A DNA stretch of 64,000 bases from positions 864,001 through 928,000 of the forward strand of contig CAVSDR010000003.1 of NCBI GenBank assembly GCA_963726745.1, read 5' to 3'. Positions 41,639-52,929 of the stretch are shown here, one piece after another; within the stretch, counting starts at the first letter, position 1, and every line of letters begins with the position of its first letter. This DNA comes from an uncultured Verrucomicrobiae bacterium (lineage in GTDB: Bacteria > Verrucomicrobiota > Verrucomicrobiia > Chthoniobacterales > UBA10450). The notes under the pieces are model-generated. The model saw only the letters and a program-made list of their open reading frames with translations. It was not told where the DNA came from and did not search any database. The position numbers and the translations under genes are program-made.

Positions 41639-44600
41639 TCAGAGCGCGTGGCCAGCCGCGCGTTTGACCACAGTGCTGTCGCCGGTATTGATCGCGCCAT
41701 CCACGGTCACGTCGCTGCGGAAGTTCCCCTGGTCGACCGCCTGCCCGGAGGCGGATTTGCAGCGGAGGGCATCGCCGGAATTAACCGCGCCATCGCCATT
41801 GGTATCGCCGAGGAGGAAGCTGATCGGGAGCGCGTAATCGCCGCGCGCGGTGCCATCGTCCACTCCGAGAAGCGTGAGCGTGAGCGTCTGTGCATCGGCC
41901 ACGTCCGCGAGCTGGACGGAGATATCATTGCCCGCTGCCTGGCTGCTGGCCACGGAGCCGACGCCAGCGGTGATCTGAGCGCCAGCGAACGTGACCGGGC
42001 CGGCAAAGCGCACCACGATCTCATGGACGCCGCCGCGGCACTCGACGCCGGCGTTGCCGTTCACGGGTAAATCGAGATCGAACGCACCGGCGCTGCCGTG
42101 GACCTTCCGCGAAACAGCGCTGACCGGGCCTGCGGGCGGAGCGATGGAAGTCGCTCCCGGGTTCGGCCGATCGAGCGAACGGACGTAGGCGATAAGTGCA
42201 TCGAGATCCTGCTCGGACAAATGCGAGGTCCGGCCGTGGGTCTCGGTGAGGACGGCCACGTGGTTCGCGGCCAATGCCGGATTGATCCTGCCGTCGCGCA
42301 GCAAGGGCGCAAGGTTGTTCGTCCCGAGCCGATCGATTTGCGCGGACCCATCCGGCAGGATGGTCCACGGGCTGTCGAGGCTCACGTAGATTTCGCCTTT
42401 GCCGTCGCCCGCGAGCGCGCCGGAGCTATCCGCTAAGGTGATCGGAACCTGGGTCGGCAAAATAGGCGCGGCTTGATTCCCCAGGCCGGCGCCGGTGGCG
42501 CGTTGATGGTCGGTGCGCACGGTGCGGAAATTAAAACCGCGTTCGCCAGGTCGAAGGAGCGGGGAATCGGGCGCGAGCAAGACCTCGCGCAAAGTGTGGG
42601 CAAAGCCGTGGTGCAAATAACGCGGGACCGCATCCCACTCCGCGCGCAGATGTTTCGTGTTCCGGCTGCTGAAGTTCTGCGGCGTCCCCACATCCTGCGG
42701 CGGAGCGAAGGCGGTGAAAAAATAGTCGTTCGTCGGGCGGTAGAAGGGTCCGTGACCATCGACAGTCGTCTCGCTGACGACACCCGGTTCGTGAATGTTA
42801 AAATCCTGGAAGGTGTCGTCCGTGACACCATTCGTTAGGGTGTTGCCGTTGTGGTGACAATCAGCACAGCCCGCCCCGCCCTGCGCCACCTTGCTGCTAA
42901 AGAGCAGACGGCCACGGGCGATCTGGTCTTTCTCCGCTGTGCTCGGCGCCTGTCCCAAGGGGTTGGGAAAGAGCCGCGTCTCGTTTTGCGACCAGAGAAT
43001 TTGCAGGTAGGCCAGCTCGTAATAGCCCACCTTGCGGGCTTTGCCGGTTAATTCCGGGCGGCCGATGTTGATCGAGTTTTCCTCCGTTTTCTGGAGGACA
43101 TAATCCTCGCGTGCATGGAAGCGATCGACCGCGTTCGCCTGCGGGAAGAGCGGCGTTGGGGCGCGTTCGCCTAACAAGACCTCGCCGTTGCAGGCGGAGG
43201 CATAGGCCATGAAATCGTTGTTTAAACCTTCATACCATTCCGGCCAGTTATCGGAGATATCCTTGTTTTGCGGGCAGACTTTTACCCCGCCGACGGCATT
43301 CGCGGCCACGTTCCACTGGCAGCCATCCTGCCGTCCATCCCAATGGCAAAAGCCGCACGATTTTTGCGCATCGAAGCCACCCACGGTAAGCCCCGGAATT
43401 GGGCCGTCGTCGGCGTAAGCGGAGCTGAAGAACCAGCGCAACCCTACTTCCTCGTCGGTCGCAAAGAGGCCCTCGCCGTTCCCGCCTTTAACCGGATCGG
43501 GCGTCTCCGGCGTGACTCCGACCGCGAGATGTCCCTGGCGCGTGAGGCCACCGTTCGCGTCCACCGCGAGAAAAGACACATCCTCGGTCTGCATATTCGC
43601 CACGTAGAGGGTGCGGCCGTCGGGCGCGACCTCAAGGCCCTGCGGTGTGATGCCGCCGGTAAACTCAAAACCCGCCGGCGTGAGGATTCCCGCAGGGTCG
43701 GCCGCGTTTTCGTTGACGCGAAAAACCTCCACCTTGTCCGAGTGCAGCATGCTGGCAAAAAGCCAGCCATTGCGTAGGGCCAGCTGCTCCGGGCCGCTGC
43801 CGCGGATGATCTTTTGCGCTTCGGAATGATCGTGGAGATCCACGATCTGGCCGGGAGTGACCAGTTGCGAATAATCGCGCCCTTTGTCGACGTAACGGAA
43901 GACAAAGCGGTTGGTCTGCGTGTCGAAAATATTCAGCTCGCTCCCGATGTCATCGAAGGTGGTAGCCTTCGTCGCGTCGGACATCACCGGGGTGTAGCCG
44001 AGGGGTTGGCCATTGTTTTTCAAGGCTACGCCGTTGGCATCGAGCGTCGGCAGGCCATGCCCGGTCTCGCGTTCGTTTAGGCGGGTGTTCGTTTCCTGGC
44101 CAGAGACGATGCCCCACCGGCCGCTGATCTTTACATCGGTCACCAGGCCGCCGACGGGCAGCGTTTGCCGGAGGACATGGGCATCTCCGGCCACGTCGAT
44201 CGCCGCGAGCGTGTGGCCGAGTGTATTCGCCACGTAGAGCGTGCGTCCATCCGCGCTCAGGGCGAGATCGCGCGGGTTAGTCCGCTCCAACTCGGTCGCG
44301 CCCGTCGGGATCTCCGCGATCTGGAGAAAACGCGGACCCGGATCGACCCGGAAAGCGCGCACGCTGTCGCGGTAGCGGTCGGTTACGTAAAGGCGGGTGC
44401 CGCTGGCGTTGAAGAGTGCTTTCTCGGCGTAGGTCCCGGTCGGAAACTCGCCGATGACCTGGTCGCTTCCCGTATCGATGACGGAAGCGAAATTGGCGTA
44501 CTGATTCAGCACGACCGCATACGGCCGCGGATAGATCGCCGGGTTCGCCGGTGAAACGCGCACACTGATCGGCCGCAAACCGCCGGCGATGCCCGCCGGC

Positions 44601-45170
44601 CGAAGATCGATCCAGCGCGAGACGCTGCCGCGCGGCGGTGTCCACCACCGCTACCCGCCAATCAGGATAACCTTCCCGACCGGGAAGCGTGACGTAGAGC
44701 TTGCGGCCATCGGGGGTGAGCGCGAGCGCGCGCGGCTGGCTGCGGAAAGGCTGCTTGCGATGGGGCCAGAGCTGGTTGCCGCTGCTCACCCGTGGATTAT
44801 TTGGATCGATGCGCGTGCCGGGGTCCGGTCGGCCATCGATGTAGCCCGCGCCAAACATGATTTTGGTGAAGCGCTCCAAGCCGCCGCGTTCGCCCGCGCT
44901 CTCCGGGCCGACGATGCGTTTTACCGGATCGCTGTTCGGCCCGGTAATGATCCGGCCCTGCGAATCCGTTTTGACCGCGGTGGAGAAGAGGCGGAGCGCG
45001 AGCGGCGCTTCTGCCGTGGTCGTGAGGACTTGATAGGTGAATGGCGGGGACAACTGGGCGCGGCGCGAATCGCTCCGCAGGAGGCCGCGTGCGTTTGGCA
45101 GGATGAGAGGAGAGAGCACCGCGAAAACGGCGGCGCCGAGGAGCAGGCCGGCGGATGATGGAGCCTTCAT
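41639..45170 (-). CDS. Secreted YVTN/YncE beta-propeller plus di-haem cytochrome c plus dockerin-like protein (apparent frameshift near 44627)
   Basis: Signal peptide from 45170; PRALALTPDGRKLYV, PRDLALSADGRTLYVAN and PQGLEVAPDGRTLYVAN blades; CGFCH and CADCH; RYLHHG; SRKVHGSAGAFDLDLP module and GDTNGDGAVNSGD. Removing one base near 44627 joins ORFs 44277..45290 and 41639..44578. Confidence 0.8.
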
Positions 45171-45296
45171 GGCCCCAAAATAAATCCGCGCCCGCGGGCG
45201 ACGAGTCGGCGATGGTAACGCAGCTGTTACCGCGCGAAAAGAGACGGAGCGTTTTACAGCCCGCGCTTCGAGCAAGCGCGAATCAAGCAAGCAGTC

Positions 45297-47675
45297 ATGC
45301 GAGTAAACAAAAACGCTTCCGCGGCGGCTTTAGCCGGCATTTTCACCGTCGTGCTGACGGCGTTTGTCATCACCGTGCTCTACGTCGGCAAGGAGGTGCT
45401 GATCCCGCTGGCGCTCGCTTCGATGCTGACCTTTCTGCTCTCGCCGCTGGTCGCGCGGGTGGAGCGCTGGATCGGGCGCATCGCCGCGGTCCTGCTCGTG
45501 GTCGTGATGCTTTTCGCGATCATCGGCGGCGCCGGTTGGCTGCTCACCCGGCAAGTGGTCGACCTCGCGGCGAAGCTCCCGGATTACCAGTCGAACATCG
45601 AATCGAAGCTGCGCGCCATCCGCATGCCCACCGGTGGCACGCTCGGACGATTCACCCACAGCGTCGATGAAATCCAGAAGCAGCTGCCTAATGCCGAGGA
45701 GCCTTCGCCGACGCCGACGGAGTTTCCGTGGCGCGCCCGGCTGACCGATGCGAAACCGGCAGCCTCGCCCGTGCCGGTGCGCATCGTGGAATCAACCAGC
45801 AAGCTGCCGCAACTCCTGCAGCTTCTCGGCGGCGCCGTTCTCGGTCCGCTCGGCACCGCTGGCCTCGTGCTCTTGCTCGTGGTCTTCATGCTTTTCAAGC
45901 GCGAGGACCTGCGCGGACGACTCGTTAGGCTAATCGGCCAGGGGCGGATCAGCGCGACCACCCGCGCGCTCGACGATGCCGGCAGCCGCGTCGCGCGCTA
46001 TTTGCGGATGCAGCTTCTGATCAACACTGGCTTCGGCATCAGCATCGCCGCCGGCCTTTATTTCATCGGCCTGCCCAACGCGCTCCTCTGGGGCGCCTTC
46101 GCCGCGATCATGCGCTTCATTCCCTACGTGGGCGCGTGGATCGCGGCCGCGGTGCCCTTGATCTTGTCGGTGGCGGTGTTTACCAACTGGCTGCCGCCGC
46201 TGTTGGTCCTCGGGCTTTTCATCGGGCTGGAGTTGATCAATGCGAACGCGCTCGAGCCGTGGCTCTACGGCGCCAGCACCGGCGTTTCCTCGATCGCGCT
46301 CATCGTGGCGGCTGTTTTCTGGACCTGGCTCTGGGGGCCAGTCGGCCTGCTGCTCTCGACGCCGCTGACGGTTTGCCTCGCGGTCATGGGCCGGCACGTG
46401 CCGAAGCTGCAATTCCTGAGTGTGCTCCTGAGCGAGGAACAGGCGCTCGCGCCGCACGAGGAATGTTACTACCGCCTGCTCCGCCTCGGGCTCGAGGAAG
46501 GGAGCGATTTAGCCGACACCTACCTGAAGTCGCATTCGCTGACTGCGCTCTACGACAGCGTGCTCATCCCCACGATCACCCTCGCGGAAAGCGATGCGCA
46601 ACGGCAGCAGCTCGAGAGCGAGCAGAGGGCCGCGATCCAGCAGCACATCCACGACATGGTCGAGGACCTCGGCTCGATGCCGCAGACGCCCTCGCCCTCG
46701 GAAGCCGACAAAACCGTGGCGGCGAATACCGTGCTCCCCTTGACCGCGCCGACCTGCAGCGTGCTCACCGTGCCGGCGCGTGCTTACCGCGACGAATTAG
46801 CCGGCACCATGCTCACGCAATTGCTCCAGCAGCAGGGCTTCCACGCGGAGAACGCCCGTGCGGCCGACGGCCCGAACGAACTCGTGAAGCTCGCGCGCGA
46901 AGGCGATTGGGAAGCGATCTGCATCTCCGTGGTCGCGCCTTCGACCCACATCCATGCGCGCGCCGTCTGCGCGAAACTGCGCGGCGCGCGGATCAACGCC
47001 AAGATTGTCGTCGGCGTCTGGGGCGCGAGCGAAAACATGATCGAAACGGCCGAGCGCCTGCGCGCCGCGGGCGCGGATGAAGTGGTCATGTCGCTTGCAG
47101 AGGCGGTCGTCCAGTTGGCCAAGTTCTCCGTCAGCATTACCGACGAGATGATCCCGGCGCCCATCCCTTCCAACGAAGACGAGCGGCTGCGCGAGCTCGA
47201 GGCGTTGCAAATCCTGGATACCGCGCGCGAGGAAAACTTCGACCGTATCACCGAAAAAGTGGCCCGGCTCTTCGAGGTCCCGATCGTCCTGATCAGCTTC
47301 ATCGATCGCGACAGGCAGTGGTTCAAATCCGAGGTCGGCCTGCCGCCAGATCTCGCGGCCGCGCGCTCGACCACGCGCGCGGAGTCACTCTGCGGCCACG
47401 TGATTGCGACCGAGCAATCGCTCACCGTCGAAGATGTCGCCCGCGACCGGCGCTTCGCGAACAATCCGCTGCTTAATTCCCGTGGGATTCGTTTCTACGC
47501 GGGCGTGCCACTGCGGATCAACGGCCAGTCCGTCGGCTCGCTTTGCGTGATGGATGTGAAGCCGCGTCGCCTGACCGAGCGCGAACAGCGGCTGCTCGAG
47601 ATCACCGCCGAGGATGTAGTCGACGAGATCAAGCGCCGCACCCGCCGCAGCGGCGCGACTCCGGCGGCGATCTAG
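45297..47675 (+). CDS. AI-2E family permease fused to a cytoplasmic alpha/beta domain and a C-terminal GAF domain
   Basis: LIPLALASMLTFLLSP, RFIPYVG, WLWGPVGLLLSTPLTV; C-terminal PSNEDERL..FDRIT..RQWFKS..RFANNP..RFYAGVPL (GAF). Confidence 0.85.
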   Translation: MRVNKNASAAALAGIFTVVLTAFVITVLYVGKEVLIPLALASMLTFLLSPLVARVERWIGRIAAVLLVVVMLFAIIGGAGWLLTRQVVDLAAKLPDYQSNIESKLRAIRMPTGGTLGRFTHSVDEIQKQLPNAEEPSPTPTEFPWRARLTDAKPAASPVPVRIVESTSKLPQLLQLLGGAVLGPLGTAGLVLLLVVFMLFKREDLRGRLVRLIGQGRISATTRALDDAGSRVARYLRMQLLINTGFGISIAAGLYFIGLPNALLWGAFAAIMRFIPYVGAWIAAAVPLILSVAVFTNWLPPLLVLGLFIGLELINANALEPWLYGASTGVSSIALIVAAVFWTWLWGPVGLLLSTPLTVCLAVMGRHVPKLQFLSVLLSEEQALAPHEECYYRLLRLGLEEGSDLADTYLKSHSLTALYDSVLIPTITLAESDAQRQQLESEQRAAIQQHIHDMVEDLGSMPQTPSPSEADKTVAANTVLPLTAPTCSVLTVPARAYRDELAGTMLTQLLQQQGFHAENARAADGPNELVKLAREGDWEAICISVVAPSTHIHARAVCAKLRGARINAKIVVGVWGASENMIETAERLRAAGADEVVMSLAEAVVQLAKFSVSITDEMIPAPIPSNEDERLRELEALQILDTAREENFDRITEKVARLFEVPIVLISFIDRDRQWFKSEVGLPPDLAAARSTTRAESLCGHVIATEQSLTVEDVARDRRFANNPLLNSRGIRFYAGVPLRINGQSVGSLCVMDVKPRRLTEREQRLLEITAEDVVDEIKRRTRRSGATPAAI

Positions 47676-47707
47676 ACCTGCGCGCGGAAAGCCGCAACAC
47701 TGCGCGC

Positions 47708-48898
47708 ATGCCCTGGTCGCGCCAGCTCGCAGATTTCTTCGGGCTGAAGCGCAACCTCGTTATCCTGCTCCTGGCGACCTTCGCCATCGGCACGGGCGAG
47801 GAACTTTGGATGCGCTTTCTGCCGAAGTATCTCCAGTCGTTAGGCGCGACCGTTTTTGTCATCGGGCTGTTCGATGCCCTGCGCACGCTGTTGGGCGCGG
47901 TCTACGCCTATCCCGGCGGCGTGCTGGTCGATCGCTGGGGACATCGGCGCGCTTTCCTGGCCTTCAATCTCCTGTCGATCGCAGGCTACGCGCTCGTGCT
48001 CGCAGTGCCGCACTGGGGCGCGGTCATCGCGGGGATGTTTCTTTTTCTCTCGTGGACCAGCTTCTCGCTGCCGGCCTCCTTCTCGCTCATCGGCGCCTCG
48101 CTCGCGGCCAGCCGGCACGCGACTGGGATCGCGGTGCAAGCAGTGATCAAACGCCTGCCGATCATGTTCGCGCCGCTGCTCGGCGGACTCCTGATCGATC
48201 ACTACGGGCTGGTCCCCGGCGTCCGGCTCGCGCTGGCCCTTTCCATTGTCCTCTCGTTAGGCACGCTCCTGCTCCAGCGGGAACTGCGCGACCCGCCGGC
48301 GGAAAGAGACAGCCAGATGGAGCCGTGGAATTTCCGCCGGAGCCTGCGCGCCTTTGACGCGCCGCTGCGCCGCCTGCTCCTGAGCGACATCCTGGTGCGC
48401 TTCTGCGAGCGGATCCCGTTCGCCTGGGTGGTGATCTACGCAATGGACACGCTTGGCCTGAGCGCGGCGCAATTCGGCGTGCTCACGACCGTGGAAATGG
48501 TGGTGGCCTCTGTCTGCCTGCTGCCGGCGGCGCATTTTGCCGACAAGTTCGGCCGCGAACCTTTCGTGCTCGCGACCTTTGTCTTCTTCACTCTCTTCCC
48601 GGTGATGCTGCTCTTTGCCGCCGGTTTCCCGATGCTCCTGCTCGCTTTTGCGGTGCGCGGCCTGAAGGAATTTGGCGATGCCGCGCGCAAGGCGCTGATC
48701 ATTGGCTGCTGCGACCCACAACGTCGCGGGCAAATGGTCGGCACCTATTACCTCATCCGCGACCTCCTGGTGAGCAGCGCCGCTTTCCTCGGCGCCGCCC
48801 TCTGGAAACTCGGCCCGCAGGTGAACTTCCTGACCGCTGCCGCGATCGGTGCCCTCGGGACTTTATTTTACCTCGCCACCCTGCGGCGTGCAGCCTAA
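47708..48898 (+). CDS. MFS transporter
   Basis: About 12 TM helices, GGVLVDRWGHRR and FADKFGRE loop motifs. Confidence 0.88.
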   Translation: MPWSRQLADFFGLKRNLVILLLATFAIGTGEELWMRFLPKYLQSLGATVFVIGLFDALRTLLGAVYAYPGGVLVDRWGHRRAFLAFNLLSIAGYALVLAVPHWGAVIAGMFLFLSWTSFSLPASFSLIGASLAASRHATGIAVQAVIKRLPIMFAPLLGGLLIDHYGLVPGVRLALALSIVLSLGTLLLQRELRDPPAERDSQMEPWNFRRSLRAFDAPLRRLLLSDILVRFCERIPFAWVVIYAMDTLGLSAAQFGVLTTVEMVVASVCLLPAAHFADKFGREPFVLATFVFFTLFPVMLLFAAGFPMLLLAFAVRGLKEFGDAARKALIIGCCDPQRRGQMVGTYYLIRDLLVSSAAFLGAALWKLGPQVNFLTAAAIGALGTLFYLATLRRAA

Positions 48899-48902
48899 CG
48901 AC

Positions 48903-48935
48903 AAAAAAGGCGGAACCTTGCGGCTCCGCCTTTTT
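48903..48935. terminator. Bidirectional intrinsic terminator
   Basis: AAAAAAGGCGGA-accttgcggc-TCCGCCTTTTT between the convergent MFS gene and pnp. Confidence 0.8.
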
Positions 48936-48954
48936 GAAAAAATAGCCAGCAGGC

Positions 48955-51150
48955 TTAGCGGCTGGGCTGGTAGTCGTCCTGCATCTGCGGCTGTCCGGAT
49001 GGCGCTTGCTCGCCGCCCTCGGGATTCCCGGCGCCTTCGCTCTCGGCGCGCTCTTTGAGCGCGGCTTTGCGGCTCAATTTCACGCGGCCTTTGTCGTCGA
49101 TGCCGATGCATTTGACCCAGATCATCTCGCCCATCTTGGCGACGTCTTCGGTCTTCTTGACCCGGAAATCGGCCAACTCGGAGATGTGCACCAGGCCGTC
49201 CTTACCCGGGAAGACTTCCACAAAGGCGCCGAATTCCTTAATCGAAACAACCTTGCCGTGGTAGACCTGCCCGACTTCGATCTCGCGCGACATCCCGCCG
49301 ATGATCTCCTTGGCGCGAGCCATGGACTCGGGGTTGTTTGCGTAAATGTGCACGGAGCCGTCGTCCTCGATATTGATCTCGGCGCCGGTCTCGGCCACGA
49401 TGCCTTTAATTGTTTTCCCGCCCGGCCCGATGAGCGCGCCGATTTTATCGGGGTTGATCTTGAGGGTCTCGATGCGCGGGGCGTATTTGCTCAGGTCGGA
49501 ACGCGGTTTGTCGATCGCCTGCGCCATGATCTCGAGGATCTTGGTGCGCGCTTCCTTGGTGCGCATGGTCGCCTCGGCCATGATTTTGTGGCTCACGCCC
49601 GGGAGCTTGAGGTCGAGCTGGAAACCGGTGATGCCATCGGCTGTGCCGCAGACTTTGTAATCCATGTCGCCGAAGTGATCCTCGGAACCGAGGATATCGG
49701 TCAGGAGCTCGTAGCGTTTCATCTGGCCGTGGTCGTCGTTCTCGGTCACCAGGCCGCAGGAAATGCCGGCCACGGGAGTCTTGATCGGGACGCCGGCGTC
49801 CATCAACGCGAGCATGCCGCCGCAAACGCTGGCCATCGAACTGGAGCCGTTCGACTCCATGATCTCGCTGGTTATCCGGACGGCGTAACGGAAATTATCC
49901 GTGCCCGGGACGACCGGCTCGAGCGAACGCTCGGCGAGCGCGCCGTGGCCAATCTCGCGACGGCTGGCGCCGCCAGTGCGGCCGGTCTCACCGACGCTGA
50001 ACGGCGGGAAGCTGTAGTGCAGGATAAAGCTCTTGGAATTCTCGCCGCCACCGTAGGCGTCGATCATCTGGGCTTCCTCGATCGGGGCGAGAGTCACGAC
50101 CGCGAGCGCCTGGGTTTCACCGCGCTGGAAAATCGCGGAACCGTGTGAGCGCGGGAGCACGCCCACTTCGCATTCGATCGGGCGAAGGTCCTGGTAACCG
50201 CGGCCGTCCATGCGCTTTTGCTTGTCGAGCACGCTGATGCGGAAGGCTTTCTTCTGCACGTAGTCGAACGCCTGCGAGATGCTGAACTTGTCGGCTTCCG
50301 GGAATTTCTCGAGCACCGCATTCTTCACTTCGTCCGCGAGGGCGTTCACTGCCTTGGAGCGGTCGACCTTCTTCGCATTGTAGAGCGCGGTTTCGATCCG
50401 GTCGCCCGCGACCTGGTAGGCAATCTCGAGGATCTCGGGATTCACCGTCATCAACGGCATCTCGCGTTTCGGCTTGCCGATCTGCGCGGTCAGTTCTTTC
50501 TGCGCGCGGATCATCTCCTTGGCGTGGCCGTGGGCGAACTCGAGCGCCTTGATGAAGTCGGCCTCGGGAATCTCGAGGGCCGAGCCTTCGATCATGATCA
50601 CGTCGTTCTCGGTGCCCACGTAAACCAGGTCGAGGTCGCTCTCAGCGCGCTCGTCATGCGTCGGGTTGGCGATGAACTCGCCGTTGACCCGGCCCACGCG
50701 CACCGCACCCACCGGGCCAGCCCAGGGGATGTCGGAAACGCTCAGGGCGGCGGAGGCGCCGTTGATCGCGAGAATGTCGGGATCGTTCTGGCCATCCGCG
50801 CTCAGGAGCATGGAAATAATCTGCGTGTCGTAAAGATAGCCGGCGGGGAAGAGCGGACGCAGCGGGCGATCCGTCATGCGCGAAGTGAGCGTCTCCTTCT
50901 CGGACGGGCGGCCTTCGCGCTTGAAGTAGCCGCCGGGAAATTTCCCGACTGCCGCCGCTTTCTCGCGGTAATCGACCGTGAGCGGAAACCAATCCTGGCC
51001 TTCTTTGATTTTCGTGGCCGAGACGGCGCTGGTGAGCACCATGGTGTCGCCGCAGGAGACGATGACCGAGCCGTCGGCGAGCTTCGCGATTTTGCCAGTC
51101 TCGATGGAGATCTGATGGGACCCGATCTGGGCCGTGACCTTGTTTTGCAT
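48955..51150 (-). CDS. pnp: Polyribonucleotide nucleotidyltransferase (PNPase)
   Basis: [57 protein letters not shown] and S1 domains. Confidence 0.97.
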   Translation of the reverse strand: MQNKVTAQIGSHQISIETGKIAKLADGSVIVSCGDTMVLTSAVSATKIKEGQDWFPLTVDYREKAAAVGKFPGGYFKREGRPSEKETLTSRMTDRPLRPLFPAGYLYDTQIISMLLSADGQNDPDILAINGASAALSVSDIPWAGPVGAVRVGRVNGEFIANPTHDERAESDLDLVYVGTENDVIMIEGSALEIPEADFIKALEFAHGHAKEMIRAQKELTAQIGKPKREMPLMTVNPEILEIAYQVAGDRIETALYNAKKVDRSKAVNALADEVKNAVLEKFPEADKFSISQAFDYVQKKAFRISVLDKQKRMDGRGYQDLRPIECEVGVLPRSHGSAIFQRGETQALAVVTLAPIEEAQMIDAYGGGENSKSFILHYSFPPFSVGETGRTGGASRREIGHGALAERSLEPVVPGTDNFRYAVRITSEIMESNGSSSMASVCGGMLALMDAGVPIKTPVAGISCGLVTENDDHGQMKRYELLTDILGSEDHFGDMDYKVCGTADGITGFQLDLKLPGVSHKIMAEATMRTKEARTKILEIMAQAIDKPRSDLSKYAPRIETLKINPDKIGALIGPGGKTIKGIVAETGAEINIEDDGSVHIYANNPESMARAKEIIGGMSREIEVGQVYHGKVVSIKEFGAFVEVFPGKDGLVHISELADFRVKKTEDVAKMGEMIWVKCIGIDDKGRVKLSRKAALKERAESEGAGNPEGGEQAPSGQPQMQDDYQPSR

Positions 51151-51191
51151 AACTGCTTTCTGGAATTTTGGCTGATCCCAGGCCGGTCACC

Positions 51192-51243
51192 CTGATTGTA
51201 GGTTTTAACCTCGAGCCAGCTCGGAGCTAAAACCTCTAATCAG
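51192..51243 (-). promoter_or_regulatory. Long imperfect stem-loop in the rpsO-pnp spacer (candidate RNase III site)
   Basis: CTGATT-g-t-AGGTTTTA...TAAAACCT-c-t-AATCAG inverted repeat about 40 nt upstream of pnp. An RNase III-cleaved leader stem is established for E. coli pnp. Confidence 0.55.
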
Positions 51244-51347
51244 AGATGGAACGACGGCCTGAGGGCCGGGTTACTGTTCTCTTGATCGCGATGGCGCCCA
51301 GCAACTCCACCAAAGGGAGGGAGCGCGCCAGGATCGGCCTGCGAGGA

Positions 51348-51611
51348 TTACTTCCGCAGGTTGAGCTTCTCGAGCAGCTTCTTATAGCGCTCGGAGTTCG
51401 ACTTGCTCAGGTAATCAAGCAAGCTCCGGCGCATCGCCACCATCTTGAGAAGGCCGCGGCGCGAGGAGTGATCTTTGGCGTGACTCTTGAGATGATCGGT
51501 CAACTGCGCGATTCGGCGTGTCAGGAGCGCGACTTGTACGTCCGCGCTGCCTGTGTCCTTGTCGTGGAGTTGGAACTCCGTCATATCCATGGTGTCACTG
51601 CTTTCTGCCAT
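51348..51611 (-). CDS. rpsO: 30S ribosomal protein S15
   Basis: [33 protein letters not shown]. Confidence 0.96.
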   Translation of the reverse strand: MAESSDTMDMTEFQLHDKDTGSADVQVALLTRRIAQLTDHLKSHAKDHSSRRGLLKMVAMRRSLLDYLSKSNSERYKKLLEKLNLRK

Positions 51612-51679
51612 AACGAAGGGCCCACCTTAGATGCGAAATGCGCATTAGCAAGGGCCGCCCCTGAGATTGATTTCGCTGG

Positions 51680-52903
51680 CTAAAAGTAGCTCAGCCAGGC
51701 ATCCCGCCGCCGTTGCTTTAGTGCCGCGAACCAGCGGCAGAGCGGATAGAGCAGCGCGAGCACCAGCCCCCAGACTGCGTAGACCCCAAGCAAGCCATAG
51801 CCGTAATCTAGCGGGAGACCCTTGGCCTCCGGGAAGACCGTGTCGTGCAGGATCCCCTTCGCGTGTCCGTAGCGCAGGAGGGACAGCAGGACCGCAATCC
51901 CGTGGATCAACGGGAGGTGCAGCAGATAATAGAAGAGCGGCACCCGCCCAAAGACGAGAATTGGTTTTTGCCACGCTTGGTTGAGCTCCCGGTCGGCCAA
52001 CGAAAGAAAAATTAGCGCTGGCCCGAGCGTCATCAGGAGATAGAGCAGCGAAGGCGGATACTTCGTGCAATTCACAAACGAAAAGAGCGTGAAGAGCGCC
52101 GAGGCCTGCGGCGCCCAGGGTTTCGGGTCGCCGTAGAGATTGGTCGCGCGCAGCACCACGAACCCCACGCTCAGCGCCAACCCCAACCAGAGCAGGAGTC
52201 GCCGCCGTTCCGCGCGTTCCCGTCTCAAGAGCGCGCCGAAAGCGAAACCGGTGGCCACCACCCCGATCCACGGGATCAGCGGATAGGCGATGAAAACGTC
52301 ATAGCCCGGCGCCGGATTCACCAGGCCCTGGACGTGCAGCATTTTCCAAAGCCCGCTCCACGCACCCCAGCTTTGCGGCGAGATCGGGTCGAGCAGGTTG
52401 TGCCCGGCGATCATGATCAACCCGAAGGCGGCCACGCCCCAAAGCGGCAGATGAATCAGCGCCGCGAGCACGATCATTGAACAGCCGATGGCCCAGATCA
52501 CCTGGAGGAAGAAATTGTGCGGATCGAAAGCGAAGGTCCAGGCCGAGCCGACGAGCGTGAACTCCAGCACGACCAGCCAAAGGCCGCGCGTGACGAGAAA
52601 CCACGAGAGGTCGCGTTTCGTTTTGCCGCGCCCGAGCGAAAGGAAGGCCCCCGTCCCGGCGAGAAAACAAAAAATCGGCGCGCAGAAATGCGTCACCCAG
52701 CGCGTAAGGAAAACCCAGCCATGCGTCATCGAAAGATCGGTCGGGTCGAAGAGCATCGCCTCGTGGCTGAGGAAATCCCGCGTGTGATCCAGCGCCATCA
52801 GGATCATGACCAGCCCGCGCAGGAGATCGAGCTGGTCCAGCCTTGGGCGGCTGCCGGCGGGCCGCAGCGGAATAGCCGACGAGCTCACGGGCGCGGATTC
52901 CAT
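51680..52903 (-). CDS. DUF1624/HGSNAT-like membrane protein
   Basis: DLLRGLVMILMALDHTRD, TRWVTHFCAP, YPLIPW, KYPPSL, GRVPLFYY. Confidence 0.85.
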   Translation of the reverse strand: MESAPVSSSAIPLRPAGSRPRLDQLDLLRGLVMILMALDHTRDFLSHEAMLFDPTDLSMTHGWVFLTRWVTHFCAPIFCFLAGTGAFLSLGRGKTKRDLSWFLVTRGLWLVVLEFTLVGSAWTFAFDPHNFFLQVIWAIGCSMIVLAALIHLPLWGVAAFGLIMIAGHNLLDPISPQSWGAWSGLWKMLHVQGLVNPAPGYDVFIAYPLIPWIGVVATGFAFGALLRRERAERRRLLLWLGLALSVGFVVLRATNLYGDPKPWAPQASALFTLFSFVNCTKYPPSLLYLLMTLGPALIFLSLADRELNQAWQKPILVFGRVPLFYYLLHLPLIHGIAVLLSLLRYGHAKGILHDTVFPEAKGLPLDYGYGLLGVYAVWGLVLALLYPLCRWFAALKQRRRDAWLSYF

Positions 52904-52929
52904 GCGCGCCGAGCTAAGCAAACCACTCG

